This document shows positions 25,954 to 35,622 of a stretch of DNA of 64,000 nt, piece after piece. A program made the translations under genes and the position numbers. The stretch is taken from positions 1 through 64,000 of the IMG/VR virus record IMGVR_UViG_3300017751_000011, one strand, 5' to 3'. The DNA is from a virus. Positions within the stretch are counted from its first letter, which is position 1. The number at the start of each line of letters is the position of its first letter. The notes beneath the pieces are model-generated. The model ran no database searches and was not told the DNA's origin. It saw only the letters and a list, made by a program, of their open reading frames with translations.

Positions 25954-27177
25954 TTAGTCTTCATACAGACTATCCATAATCTGTTTAAACGAACCGTCAC
26001 CTAAATTAGCATCAATCTGAGATTCTAAGTCTTTGTAAACCGCCCCATCAGGACCTCCTATAAGCATTGGACTTAAGTTGGTTATTAGCACGGGTCCGTT
26101 TTCTGACATTCTTATTGCTTGAACGTCAATATCTTCAAATTCTTCTCCTTCTTCAGGGGTCTGGTCAAGGGTTGCTCTGTTTATAGTGACATTTTGATCG
26201 TCATCAAAACTGTAAGTAGTAACGCCGTCCACCTCTACAATGTTTGAGAGTGTCCTTTCAAACGATTCCGATTTCTTTTTTGCAGCTTTTGATTCAGGGG
26301 TTTCTTTAGAGAAGTTGTCTGGTACTGAGGCTTCTGCGTAAGCTTTTGCGGCGTCGTTTAATCTCCCAGGAGTGGTAGCAATCTGTTCTGGAGTCATAGC
26401 CTCAATCTCTACCCTTTCTACTTCTGACAAGCCATCTAGGTTTTCTTTATACCACCTAGCCATGTCAAGCCTACCTCTTTCAGTAGACGTAGTAGTGGCT
26501 TCAACCCAGCGCACAGCTTCGTCTCTGTCTTGATACTTAGAGTCGTCTCTTTGCCTTATCCAGAAGCTATTAGGTTCTGGAGGAGGTAATAATTCCAACC
26601 TAGGCTTCCCCGCCGTAAGATCCATAAGGCTAGGGTCTTGCACTCCTACTTTAGACCCTGTGCCTTCAGATAAAACAAAGTGGCCGTCTTCAATGCTGAC
26701 AGCATATTTATTTCCATTGTCCAAATCCCCTAGCTTACTTTCATAGTGAGCAAGATTATTGGCGTCACGCTCCCCTCTTGCTTCTAACTCTTCTGGATTC
26801 TGTCCGCTTCTGGCTATGTTTAGATTTGTTTCTAACTCAGGGCTTACTATCTTAAACATAGACTCTGCTTCGTTAATGCCAAACTCAAGCTCCTCAATTA
26901 GCTGGCTATACTGCTCCCTGCCTTCTGCAGTCTTCATATACTCGTCTTTGTTGTCCCTAAGCTGTTTTGCAGCAGAGGTCCAAGCCTGAGAGTGAGAGTC
27001 AAACATGGTTGCAGAAGACACGAGGGGAACTGATGAAGCCTGATCTATGGCTGCCTTCTCCTGAGCCTTTTCGTTTTCGTTCCTCAGTTTCATCTGAGCT
27101 AATGACTCAGAGATGCCACTAAAGAAGTCCGTCTTTTCAGGAGTCCCTAAATCTACCTTTCCATACAAGAAACTCAT
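25954..27177 (-). CDS. virion-associated hypothetical protein (407 aa, acidic)
   Basis: ATG ORF, ATGA-coupled to the upstream gene. Position is consistent with an internal virion protein. Confidence 0.7.
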   Translation of the reverse strand: MSFLYGKVDLGTPEKTDFFSGISESLAQMKLRNENEKAQEKAAIDQASSVPLVSSATMFDSHSQAWTSAAKQLRDNKDEYMKTAEGREQYSQLIEELEFGINEAESMFKIVSPELETNLNIARSGQNPEELEARGERDANNLAHYESKLGDLDNGNKYAVSIEDGHFVLSEGTGSKVGVQDPSLMDLTAGKPRLELLPPPEPNSFWIRQRDDSKYQDRDEAVRWVEATTTSTERGRLDMARWYKENLDGLSEVERVEIEAMTPEQIATTPGRLNDAAKAYAEASVPDNFSKETPESKAAKKKSESFERTLSNIVEVDGVTTYSFDDDQNVTINRATLDQTPEEGEEFEDIDVQAIRMSENGPVLITNLSPMLIGGPDGAVYKDLESQIDANLGDGSFKQIMDSLYED

Positions 27178-27983
27178 CGTGATTCCTTTTCAAATTTCCT
27201 AAACAGCTGCGCCGCAAATTTACTTTGCTTAGCAATCTTGGCTGCTTGTTCTGGGTTTACAACGTACTCACCTCCAGTTACTTCACCCACTTTGGCTCCA
27301 TCTTGCATTAAGTTTATTGGGTTTGATCCGTGGCTAAATTCACCAGGAGTTTTCATCCCTTTCTTGCCGTAGATCTTGCCTCCGTTAGCCTTTGGTTTGA
27401 ACAAGCCAGCTCCAGCTGCCTGACCACCTATATCGAAGAGTCCTGCCGCAAAGTCGTATCCTAGCTGATTTCTCTGCTGCTTAGACTGAAAAGCCCCCAT
27501 CATACCAGAAGCAGCTTGCTGTCTGGCTAAATCCAAATCAACCCCTATATCACCTCTCTGCTCCCTTCTATTCTGCTCCTCCATTTGACCTACAGTAGAC
27601 ATAGCACTTGTCTTTCTAGTGTACTCGTCAGCCCCGATATTAGCCATATTACTAGCCGCCATTTGCTGTTGGGCTCCAAGACCACCGAGCAAAGCCCTAG
27701 CACCGCCAGCCTTCAAAGCCCCTATAGCTGTACCAGACTGACGTTGAGCCTCTTGTCTTTGCAGGTCCGCAGTAGGGTCTTGCATGGAGTACTGCATGTA
27801 CTTACGCATCGTAGGCCCGATGCCGTACATGCCCTCCCTCTGAGACTGCAGCCTGTTTGCGTCTGCTTCGCCTTCTCGACCAAGTTTACCATATAGCTCT
27901 TCCTGAGCCTTAAGCGTCTTAGCCTGCCCCAAGGCTCCTATTCCCTGTCCTATCGCTCCTAATGCTAGTGATAATGGATTCAT
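27174..27983 (-). CDS. Gly/Gln/Ala-rich putative internal virion protein (269 aa)
   Basis: Low-complexity G/A/Q composition and a C-terminal GGKIYGKKGMKTPGEFSH motif. Confidence 0.65.
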   Translation of the reverse strand: MNPLSLALGAIGQGIGALGQAKTLKAQEELYGKLGREGEADANRLQSQREGMYGIGPTMRKYMQYSMQDPTADLQRQEAQRQSGTAIGALKAGGARALLGGLGAQQQMAASNMANIGADEYTRKTSAMSTVGQMEEQNRREQRGDIGVDLDLARQQAASGMMGAFQSKQQRNQLGYDFAAGLFDIGGQAAGAGLFKPKANGGKIYGKKGMKTPGEFSHGSNPINLMQDGAKVGEVTGGEYVVNPEQAAKIAKQSKFAAQLFRKFEKESR

Positions 27984-27987
27984 GTTA

Positions 27988-27995
27988 CAAATATA
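27988..27995 (-). promoter_or_regulatory. late-type -7 box TATATTTG
   Basis: Exact octamer 4 nt upstream of the ATG at 27983, in the 13-nt spacer after the upstream stop. Confidence 0.5.
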
Positions 27996-27996
27996 G

Positions 27997-30900
27997 TTAT
28001 TGCTGTCCTAGCGAGTGATCTTGATCAGATTGCGCAACATGGGTGTTCACGCAATACAATTCAAACGCATCAGCATTATTGTTAGTTAGTGTTATCTCTG
28101 CCCAGTGTCCACGGACTGGGTCTCCGTTTATAGCAGCCTCAGAGATTGCTACAAGATCCCCGTCAACAATCCCGCTCTGTGTAGGAGCCCCATCTACCTC
28201 GATTGTGTAAGCGTCGACAAACCTAACAAAAGTAACATCAATGTCACCTCCACCTAAGTTGGTGTACGCCCCTCCAGATACAAGCCTTATTACGCTTCCG
28301 TATGGTATAGAATTTCTGTTCACTTTATTAACAAAAGTGATTTGAGATACGAACGAGTTTACCGAAGCCACCCTGCCTACGCCTGTAATGTGCTTCGTGC
28401 CGTTCTCGTCCCTAGTGATAAACGAGTAGTAGCTCCCCTCTTTTTCTATAAACCCTAAAGACTGAGCGTTGCTATTAAGGTCCGTAACTATTGGATCTGC
28501 AACCCAGTTAGGACTATTACCCTCTAGAGACACTGCATTGAACACCTTGGTCATACTAGGGTTGCTATTGCTGGCGATCTTTACAACAGAGTTCCCAAAC
28601 GTCCCGTAGAAAGTATTGTAATCCGACTCATTGTCATGAGAGAAAAACAATTCCGCGTTGTTTGCACTAGCAGGGTCATTGTAGTAAGCCGAATACATAG
28701 TCCCGTTTTGGTCCGCATACATGTCTGGAAAGAACGTATACCTGCTTTGCCACACCCCCGCACTTACATTATACCCCAAAGTGAGTCCGTCGAACGAACC
28801 TGACTCCCTAAGAGTAACGTAGTACTGATTGTCTTCTGGGTCATAACCACTTACAATGCGAGTACCCCCCTGAGCTTCAAACAAGTCAATGTTGGTTTTA
28901 AACAACGAGTCTACCCCGTTCTCAGATATAGGCGACATACCCTCTGATGTAAGCCTTACAAGCTTCTTCCGAGAAGTGTCTACAAAGAAAGCGTTACCAT
29001 CTCGAATAAGGACAGATTCGGGGTTGTCACCACAACCGAAATCCCCAGAGTAGTACGCTGGAGTATTTAGCACTTGAGTACTGAGAGATATAATTCCACT
29101 TGTATTTGGGGAGGTGATTATGTCTTTTCCTATTGGAACCCTAGCCACCCTATTCTCTTGAATAGCAAGAAGGTAGTCATCTCTAAAATTACCGATGTAG
29201 TTGCAAGCTCCATTAGCTGAGTCAAGACTAAAGAAGTTTGCTAAACTGGGGTTGAATGATGATAGTGAAAGGCTTGACACATCTTCTGCGTAAGCGTCAC
29301 TGTACGTTATTCCGTTATACCTTCTTACCTCCTCTGCGTCTTCAAATACAGCGTGAGGTCTCCCTTTATTCCAGTCTGTAAGCGGTCTTTTTTCGCTTGG
29401 ATTAGAGGTCTCTACAGGGAGCGTTCTATACTCCCAGTCCTCTGAGCTTAGGGGGTTCCATGTTGATCCAGTGGCATCGTAAACTGGAGACTTACAAGAA
29501 ATGGGCTTATTGAAAACGTCTCCGTTGTAAAGGTCTATAAAGCTTCCATGAGCGTTTACATTGTCATTGTCTTTCCTCACTCCTGCTAAAGCTCCATGAC
29601 CAATTTCATAGTACGCGACATTCTCATCTATCGTTTTCGGGGTGAATATCTCCACTACGGTCTGCTGAGGCCACTTGTTTGAACTGGATGCTGCTGCCCC
29701 GCTGGTCCGTGGTTGGCCTGTTATGTCAAACCAGTCGAAGCCATTGTACTTACCTATACCTGCGGCGATTTCTGGGGCCTCCAAAATCAAGAACGTCCCC
29801 GTCTTTTCTACTGCGACATCTCCAGCTCCACCGCTAGACCCATCATATCCTACTATCGGGTTTGTTTTAGAGTCGTTTCCAAGAACCTCTACCCCAACGA
29901 CATCGAACTCTATAGGATTGTCAGCTCCACCGCCATCATTTTGAGAAAGAGGGTATACCGTAGAGTCGTCAGTTTCCGCCCTGTGGCTTATCACCCTGAG
30001 CTTATCGCCCTTTGTAAAGCTGTATGACCTAGATGAAGGCTTTTCTTTATTGTATATGTCTAGCGTCTTCAAAGAAACGTACAGCCTCTTTGAGTTGGTG
30101 TCAAGAGCGGTAGTAAACTCACCATCTTTACCATTAGCTCCGTTTCTTTTTCTGGCCCCAAACGCGCCTCCAGCTGTGTATTGAGTAAATTCTCCAACAG
30201 ATGCTCTTCCAGAGTAAACAATCTGATACCTACTTGCCCAAGAAGGAGGGGTAAAATTATCGCTAAATGTTACTCTTACGCTGGCAGCTCCCTTTGGAGA
30301 CGTGCTTCGTTCAGCTGGTGTCGGGACATAAATGCTACCAATTTTGTTTACAAACCCAGACCTATTGAACTCGTCGTAATACACAATACCAAAATTGTGA
30401 GTGCTGCCAGACTTAAACCCAGATACACTCTCCATTGTTACAGCTGAAGCTGACTGATTTGCTACTTCAGATGCACCCCCAGTAATCGAAAAGTCTGATG
30501 CCTCGTCCATCCCCGAGACCAATACGTCTCCAAGATCACCTCCTGTAACCGTTCTATCGTTGGCTACAAAGTTAACCTCATCAAACGACACCCTGGATAT
30601 CCTAGTTTTTATTACAAGCTGAGCTTTTGCCGCGTCTGTGTTTGTAGCCGCAGTAATATCATCTAGCTTATAAAACACTTTAAACTCAGATGTCGAAGAG
30701 GTTGTAGCAACCAAAGTACTACCAGCGTCAGGAGCTAAAGAAAAGGTAGTCTCCGAACTCATGTCATAACGGACAGGAGCCTCAGGAAGCTGTTCTATTA
30801 CGTTTTTTAGTGCATCCCTAACCCCTTGTACATTTGTGTCAGACGGGGTTGTGTAAGATATATTTACGGATATAGGCGGATTAGAGCCATTTGTGTTGGT

Positions 30901-32409
30901 GTCAACCTCCTCAGGAGAAAGGTCAAGAGTGCTTCTACTTGCCGTTCCTGTATGAATAACTTGGGGGCTAGACGTGTTGTCTATCTGGGTTACAGGAAAA
31001 GATACAAGAGAGCCTCCAGTACCTGACTTAGCTACGCTAGTTGCTGTTGGCTGTATTGTAAAAGACAGCCTTATTTTAGTACCACCAGCTACGGGTGTTT
31101 GAGAAGTGGCTGAAGATCCAAACGCATCACCTCCGAGAAGATCAATGTCTACCTCTTGAGTGTTTTGCCCTCCCTGTTTAATTACGCTTGCGGCATCGCC
31201 TGAAGGTATCAAAGAACTACCCTCTGTGTTTTCACTGGAGTAATTTACGCTTAGTTGAATGTCTCCGCTTGTAATTTCAGAGTTAGGCCTACCTTCAAGG
31301 TAACTAGAGTACATTAATCTTCCTCCACTTAATGATTGGCCTACAGCTAAAAGCGGCACATTGTCGTAAAGTTTATTTGTGGTAAAGTCAGAAACTGAGG
31401 GTCCCGTTCTATCGTTGTAAAACTTGTATACTCCTGTGGCGGAATCATACAAGGTGTTTGTGTTTCCAAAAACACTTCTTACAAAATTTACCTTTGGATC
31501 AAACTGGTCAACCACATAAAATGCACCCAAATTTCCTTTTCTAGCAAGCAACCTTACCTTTTCTACGTCGTGTTTGTAAGGATTTATGTTTAGGCTTATC
31601 TCGCATACATTGTCAGATAATGCAGACAAACTAGGGGTGCTGGTTGATTCGGTATGCTCGATATGACCCAATGAAAGCCCCCTTCCTACAGCCAATGCTG
31701 AGTAAGGTGATATAGCCGACTCTTCACCGTCTATATACTTATACTGAGTTGCAAACTGAAAAACACTGTCTAAAAACCCGTTGCTTTTTACGGTTAAGTC
31801 ACTTGCAAAGGAAAAATCAGGGCTTCTCGTTTCTGCGCCTTTTATGACCTCTATAGATCTCTTTTTTTGTAGGCCCACCTCCCCGTCATAGCCCCCAGAA
31901 ATAGCCCTATCTACATTAATTTTTCTTGGGGGGTTAATGTTATCGGTAAAGTACAAAATAGACTCAGTCTGACCGTCTTGCTGAAAAGCGGCATTTACTA
32001 TGTCTGCCTTTACAAAACCACCTGAGTTAAAATCCAAAAAAGCTCCCTTAACAACAACTCTATACTTTCCTGTAGTAAAGGAGGCGCTATCCTCATTTGA
32101 CGCATTGTACTGGTATATAGCGTCTTCGGAGTCTCCAGAATTGTCTGAAACAAACCAATAGACGTACCCCCTCTGGGGGTCAGAAACGCTGCCAATGACA
32201 GTTACCTCATCACCATCCGCTACTCTGTCTGCTCCATTAAGCGGTGTGCCAGCAATCGTGCCCCTGACGTTCTTGATGATGCCAGAAGAGCTACTTCCCC
32301 CTTCTGCTATAGTGACGTTCTGGGCGTCAAGCATTTCCCCAGCTTCGGGGCGCACAAGCCTCTGGTCAGCGTCTGCTTGGAGTCTGTTCGGGATAGTCTT
32401 ATCGATCAT
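27997..32409 (-). CDS. large virion structural protein (1470 aa), tail or nozzle-like (putative)
   Basis: Long ORF rich in Ser/Thr/Gly/Asn, predicted beta-rich. Lies between the head-proximal genes and the internal-protein genes. Confidence 0.7.
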   Translation of the reverse strand: MIDKTIPNRLQADADQRLVRPEAGEMLDAQNVTIAEGGSSSSGIIKNVRGTIAGTPLNGADRVADGDEVTVIGSVSDPQRGYVYWFVSDNSGDSEDAIYQYNASNEDSASFTTGKYRVVVKGAFLDFNSGGFVKADIVNAAFQQDGQTESILYFTDNINPPRKINVDRAISGGYDGEVGLQKKRSIEVIKGAETRSPDFSFASDLTVKSNGFLDSVFQFATQYKYIDGEESAISPYSALAVGRGLSLGHIEHTESTSTPSLSALSDNVCEISLNINPYKHDVEKVRLLARKGNLGAFYVVDQFDPKVNFVRSVFGNTNTLYDSATGVYKFYNDRTGPSVSDFTTNKLYDNVPLLAVGQSLSGGRLMYSSYLEGRPNSEITSGDIQLSVNYSSENTEGSSLIPSGDAASVIKQGGQNTQEVDIDLLGGDAFGSSATSQTPVAGGTKIRLSFTIQPTATSVAKSGTGGSLVSFPVTQIDNTSSPQVIHTGTASRSTLDLSPEEVDTNTNGSNPPISVNISYTTPSDTNVQGVRDALKNVIEQLPEAPVRYDMSSETTFSLAPDAGSTLVATTSSTSEFKVFYKLDDITAATNTDAAKAQLVIKTRISRVSFDEVNFVANDRTVTGGDLGDVLVSGMDEASDFSITGGASEVANQSASAVTMESVSGFKSGSTHNFGIVYYDEFNRSGFVNKIGSIYVPTPAERSTSPKGAASVRVTFSDNFTPPSWASRYQIVYSGRASVGEFTQYTAGGAFGARKRNGANGKDGEFTTALDTNSKRLYVSLKTLDIYNKEKPSSRSYSFTKGDKLRVISHRAETDDSTVYPLSQNDGGGADNPIEFDVVGVEVLGNDSKTNPIVGYDGSSGGAGDVAVEKTGTFLILEAPEIAAGIGKYNGFDWFDITGQPRTSGAAASSSNKWPQQTVVEIFTPKTIDENVAYYEIGHGALAGVRKDNDNVNAHGSFIDLYNGDVFNKPISCKSPVYDATGSTWNPLSSEDWEYRTLPVETSNPSEKRPLTDWNKGRPHAVFEDAEEVRRYNGITYSDAYAEDVSSLSLSSFNPSLANFFSLDSANGACNYIGNFRDDYLLAIQENRVARVPIGKDIITSPNTSGIISLSTQVLNTPAYYSGDFGCGDNPESVLIRDGNAFFVDTSRKKLVRLTSEGMSPISENGVDSLFKTNIDLFEAQGGTRIVSGYDPEDNQYYVTLRESGSFDGLTLGYNVSAGVWQSRYTFFPDMYADQNGTMYSAYYNDPASANNAELFFSHDNESDYNTFYGTFGNSVVKIASNSNPSMTKVFNAVSLEGNSPNWVADPIVTDLNSNAQSLGFIEKEGSYYSFITRDENGTKHITGVGRVASVNSFVSQITFVNKVNRNSIPYGSVIRLVSGGAYTNLGGGDIDVTFVRFVDAYTIEVDGAPTQSGIVDGDLVAISEAAINGDPVRGHWAEITLTNNNADAFELYCVNTHVAQSDQDHSLGQQ

Positions 32410-33236
32410 CAGCGCTTAGGTGCTTGCTTAAAGTTCTTACGAATAGTTTTGAGCAACTCTTCTTTCGTGAAGGACTTCATACGAGCATTAGCCTTGCGTC
32501 TTTCGTTGTAGTACTCTTGTCTAGCTCTAGCCTTCTCGTTAGCAGGAACAGAGGATTTTCTCTCCACCATTTTATAGTAGATAAAAGACCTCAACGCCTC
32601 TTCTGCATATACGTGAACTCTAGGGTTGCTAGATCTTGCTTCGTCAGCTACGTACTCTATGACAACCTCGCTAATATTTGAGTTGCTCTCGATTTCTATC
32701 CTGTTCTGGTCGGGGTTTACTCGGAACTCTCCGTAATATTTCCCCCCACCCATTCCATATAGAGCTCCTTGGTTATTATTGTGTATGAAGTTCCTAAATA
32801 TATGAGACTCCATGCCGTCTGAAATGCTAGACCCTACAGAAGGACTCCCGCTATTTGTCGCTGTCTTTGAGTCCACTCTATCTGTCACTCCATCACCATT
32901 TTGGTCAACTCTATTTCCTGAACCGTCTACAACGTACTCTTGAGAGTAGTTAAGGTTTTTGTTTTCTCCAAGAACATACACTAAGCCGTCAGACCCTACG
33001 ACCCCAACCTTTGTCCAGTCAATGTAGTCCTCAGGAAAATCTACAGTATTATTAGAGGACACAGGCAGCTTTAACGACCTTACGACCTTGAGCATGTCAA
33101 ACCCCATCTCCCTTACACCCCTAAGGGCAAAGCTACGTATGGTATTATCCGAGGCATTGCTTACGTAATCGTCACCGTCAAGGGTGATGACAAAGTCGTT
33201 AACGACCTGACTTATTGGAATGTAGTTATTGGCCAT
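32409..33236 (-). CDS. structural protein (275 aa)
   Basis: ORF coupled at both ends by stop/start overlaps. Confidence 0.65.
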   Translation of the reverse strand: MANNYIPISQVVNDFVITLDGDDYVSNASDNTIRSFALRGVREMGFDMLKVVRSLKLPVSSNNTVDFPEDYIDWTKVGVVGSDGLVYVLGENKNLNYSQEYVVDGSGNRVDQNGDGVTDRVDSKTATNSGSPSVGSSISDGMESHIFRNFIHNNNQGALYGMGGGKYYGEFRVNPDQNRIEIESNSNISEVVIEYVADEARSSNPRVHVYAEEALRSFIYYKMVERKSSVPANEKARARQEYYNERRKANARMKSFTKEELLKTIRKNFKQAPKR

Positions 33237-33985
33237 TAAAAGGTTTTTTCTCTGCTTCTTTCAGCTTGCTCACCTTGAGTTGCTGTAGACACAAACTGAT
33301 CCCTAAGGTTGACCCCAGCCAACTGAGCGATCTCAATAACAAGGTCTTCTAGGTAGTGGTCTGGAAGTTCAAAGTCGTAGCTATTTGCAGCGTTAAAGGT
33401 TTCTACTACGCCTGTGGTAGTGACAGCATACTGAGGAGGGTTTACAGATCTTACCCCTTGGTAATCAATGCTTTCTGGGAACTTGTAGTACCTAAGCCTA
33501 ACCACTTCTACATTGCTAGGAAAGACCTCTATGTCCTTGCTTACTAAAGCCACAGGGAAATCTTCCGAAGGTGCGCTTATATCGCTAAGAAGTATTCTCT
33601 CAATCTTCTCCTCGTCATAAACAATTTCAATGTTTTTTCTGTACGACTGATTAGATATAATTGGATTGTCAGTGGTCATAGAAATGATCCTAGCCAAGTC
33701 AACTGGCTTGACAAATACATCATTCACAGTCTTGTCTATTACCTCTAGCTTAGAAAAATAAGAGAGATCCTCCTCAATCCTCTTAATAATGTCTTTGTCC
33801 CTGCCAGGATTAAACCCAGCCTTGCTAACTCTTTTCGCGTTTTTGATGTCGTCAAACAATCTGTTAAAGATCCTGACCTGCGCCATCTGAGCGAAGTTGT
33901 TGAAAATAGAAGGTGTGATAAATCCGTTCTGGTCTTTGTTGACCAAATCCTTCAGAGTGTCGTAAACGGCTGATACGCTTGCCAT
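33236..33985 (-). CDS. structural protein (249 aa)
   Basis: The track start at 34000 is a TTG; the first ATG is at 33985 (MASVSAVYD...). TAATG-coupled downstream. Confidence 0.65.
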   Translation of the reverse strand: MASVSAVYDTLKDLVNKDQNGFITPSIFNNFAQMAQVRIFNRLFDDIKNAKRVSKAGFNPGRDKDIIKRIEEDLSYFSKLEVIDKTVNDVFVKPVDLARIISMTTDNPIISNQSYRKNIEIVYDEEKIERILLSDISAPSEDFPVALVSKDIEVFPSNVEVVRLRYYKFPESIDYQGVRSVNPPQYAVTTTGVVETFNAANSYDFELPDHYLEDLVIEIAQLAGVNLRDQFVSTATQGEQAERSREKTF

Positions 33986-33989
33986 GAAA

Positions 33990-33997
33990 CAAATATA
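33990..33997 (-). promoter_or_regulatory. late-type -7 box TATATTTG
   Basis: Exact octamer 4 nt upstream of the ATG at 33985, immediately after a terminator. Confidence 0.5.
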
Positions 33998-34000
33998 CAA

Positions 34001-34026
34001 AAAGAAAAAGCCGCTAAAAAGCGGCT
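34001..34026 (-). terminator. rho-independent terminator
   Basis: On the minus strand, AGCCGCT-tttt-AGCGGCT (7-bp stem) is followed by TTTTCTTTTT. Confidence 0.8.
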
Positions 34027-34049
34027 TTCTCAGTAGGTTAAAGGTAGTT

Positions 34050-34850
34050 TTAGTTACCCATATGCTTGTCCATTTCCTCTACTACAGGAACTGCAGCTTC
34101 AGTAAGGCAGTACCTTACAAACACGTCTACAGGGTTTTTTCCTGCTGGAACAGACAGAATCTGTTTACCGCTATCCGTCCAGTAGATGCCACTCTCTGTG
34201 GTCTTGATCACCTGATATTTAGCGGCCATCAAAACCTTAGTTTTCATAGCTACAGAAGGATTGTCAAATGACTTAATGAAATTCTCTGGGTTTCTCTTAG
34301 CGTAAACCAAAAGGTCGTGCTTGATTTCAGAGACTGGCCTGTCGATGTCTATTGACGCAGCGACCGCTACGCTTAAGAGCTCGTCCATCTCCTTGTCTCT
34401 GACCATAGTAATGGCATCTGCCATCATAAACTCTTTGTCTACCTTGATCTCCGCCTTCTTTTCTTTGTTGACCGCGCCAAAAAGACTGCCTCCGTTTGCA
34501 GTGTTTCCTGGATGTAACAACATGTACTCAAGCAAATTAGGCTGATTGTGATTTACAAAAAGCCTACCTTCTTGGAAGATAATAGACTTTCGCGTAGCGC
34601 TCTCAGACTGTTCGTCTCGCCAAGGGCTCGGCTCGTTAGGGCAGTATCGAATCTCCCTAACTATATTTTTTTCTTCGTCGAAGACAGTTAACCCTCGCTG
34701 ATGCATCATGAATACAGCACCCATAGGTTTTGTAGTCTTAAACTCTACAGCAAGATTTTTTTTGATTTCTCTTTTTATAGAAGGAGTTCCCTGGCTTGCG
34801 ACAGGCTTCTTTGTAGCGGGTCTACCCCGCTTTGCAGTTGTATTGGTCAT
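34050..34850 (-). CDS. hypothetical protein with N-terminal AT-hook-like motif (266 aa)
   Basis: N-terminus is KRGRPATKKP (RGRP core). The gene is bracketed by terminators on both sides. Confidence 0.65.
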   Translation of the reverse strand: MTNTTAKRGRPATKKPVASQGTPSIKREIKKNLAVEFKTTKPMGAVFMMHQRGLTVFDEEKNIVREIRYCPNEPSPWRDEQSESATRKSIIFQEGRLFVNHNQPNLLEYMLLHPGNTANGGSLFGAVNKEKKAEIKVDKEFMMADAITMVRDKEMDELLSVAVAASIDIDRPVSEIKHDLLVYAKRNPENFIKSFDNPSVAMKTKVLMAAKYQVIKTTESGIYWTDSGKQILSVPAGKNPVDVFVRYCLTEAAVPVVEEMDKHMGN

Positions 34851-34875
34851 TGAATTAAAATTTAAAAGTGAGTGG

Positions 34876-34905
34876 TAAAAGAGAGGGAGGCAATTCCTCC
34901 CCCTC
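34876..34905 (-). terminator. rho-independent terminator
   Basis: On the minus strand, GAGGGGGAGG-aattg-CCTCCCTC is followed by TCTTTT. Confidence 0.65.
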
Positions 34906-34920
34906 AGTTACCGTAGGTTA

Positions 34921-35562
34921 TTAGGCGGCGCCCTTGATGAGTCCAAGGTCGACCAAGCACTGGCGAATCTCGTTCGTCAATGCAATAAGGTCGTGGATGT
35001 TCTCAATCGCAGCGGTAACCTCGGCCTGGGTGTATGCTGAACCAGCACCAGTCCCTGCTGTAGGTAGGTTGGTTTCAGCCGTGACAGCGGCTTGCGCGGC
35101 GGCAGCTTGCTGTGCCACTGCAGTAACCCCATAGAAGCCAACCGTGTCAGTAGTAGCGTCTCCAACCGCAACGTTTCCGTTGAGGGTAGCGGCGCCAGCC
35201 ACAGTAAGGGCTCCACTCAAAGACACGTTGTCTGCAGCGAGATCTCCAGACGCAGTTGCGTTTGAAAGAATCTCCCAAGCGGAACCCGTCCAGATGAGGC
35301 AGCTCGTATCAGTTGCAGAATCAAGGCTGACAAGGACGGCCCCACCTGCGTTCTTCACGCTAACAGCGTTAGAACCACTCGCAGACCTTTTTATGGTCAG
35401 AAGGGTTCCAGCCTTTTCAGCGTCGGGAACAGTGAGGTCATAAGTCCCACTAGCAGTGGTGATGTCGATCAGACTCGTAGCTCCGTTCCAAGATGCAACT
35501 GCCGCAACTTCTTGCGTGGCTCCATCGAGGCGGAGTGGAAAAACATGTTGTGTAACAGCCAT
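34921..35562 (-). CDS. putative head decoration or head fibre protein (213 aa)
   Basis: Ala/Thr/Gly-rich. Very GC-rich compared with its neighbours. Directly downstream of the capsid gene. Confidence 0.45.
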   Translation of the reverse strand: MAVTQHVFPLRLDGATQEVAAVASWNGATSLIDITTASGTYDLTVPDAEKAGTLLTIKRSASGSNAVSVKNAGGAVLVSLDSATDTSCLIWTGSAWEILSNATASGDLAADNVSLSGALTVAGAATLNGNVAVGDATTDTVGFYGVTAVAQQAAAAQAAVTAETNLPTAGTGAGSAYTQAEVTAAIENIHDLIALTNEIRQCLVDLGLIKGAA

Positions 35563-35584
35563 ATTTATATATGTTGCGAAGATT

Positions 35585-35608
35585 AGGAAGGGGCCGAAGC
35601 CCCCTCCT
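35585..35608 (-). terminator. hairpin terminator or attenuator after the capsid gene
   Basis: On the minus strand, AGGAGGGGGC-uucg-GCCCCUUCCU: a 9-bp stem with one mismatch and a UUCG tetraloop. The downstream U tract is weak. Confidence 0.55.
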
Positions 35609-35622
35609 TCACTTCAGGTTAA

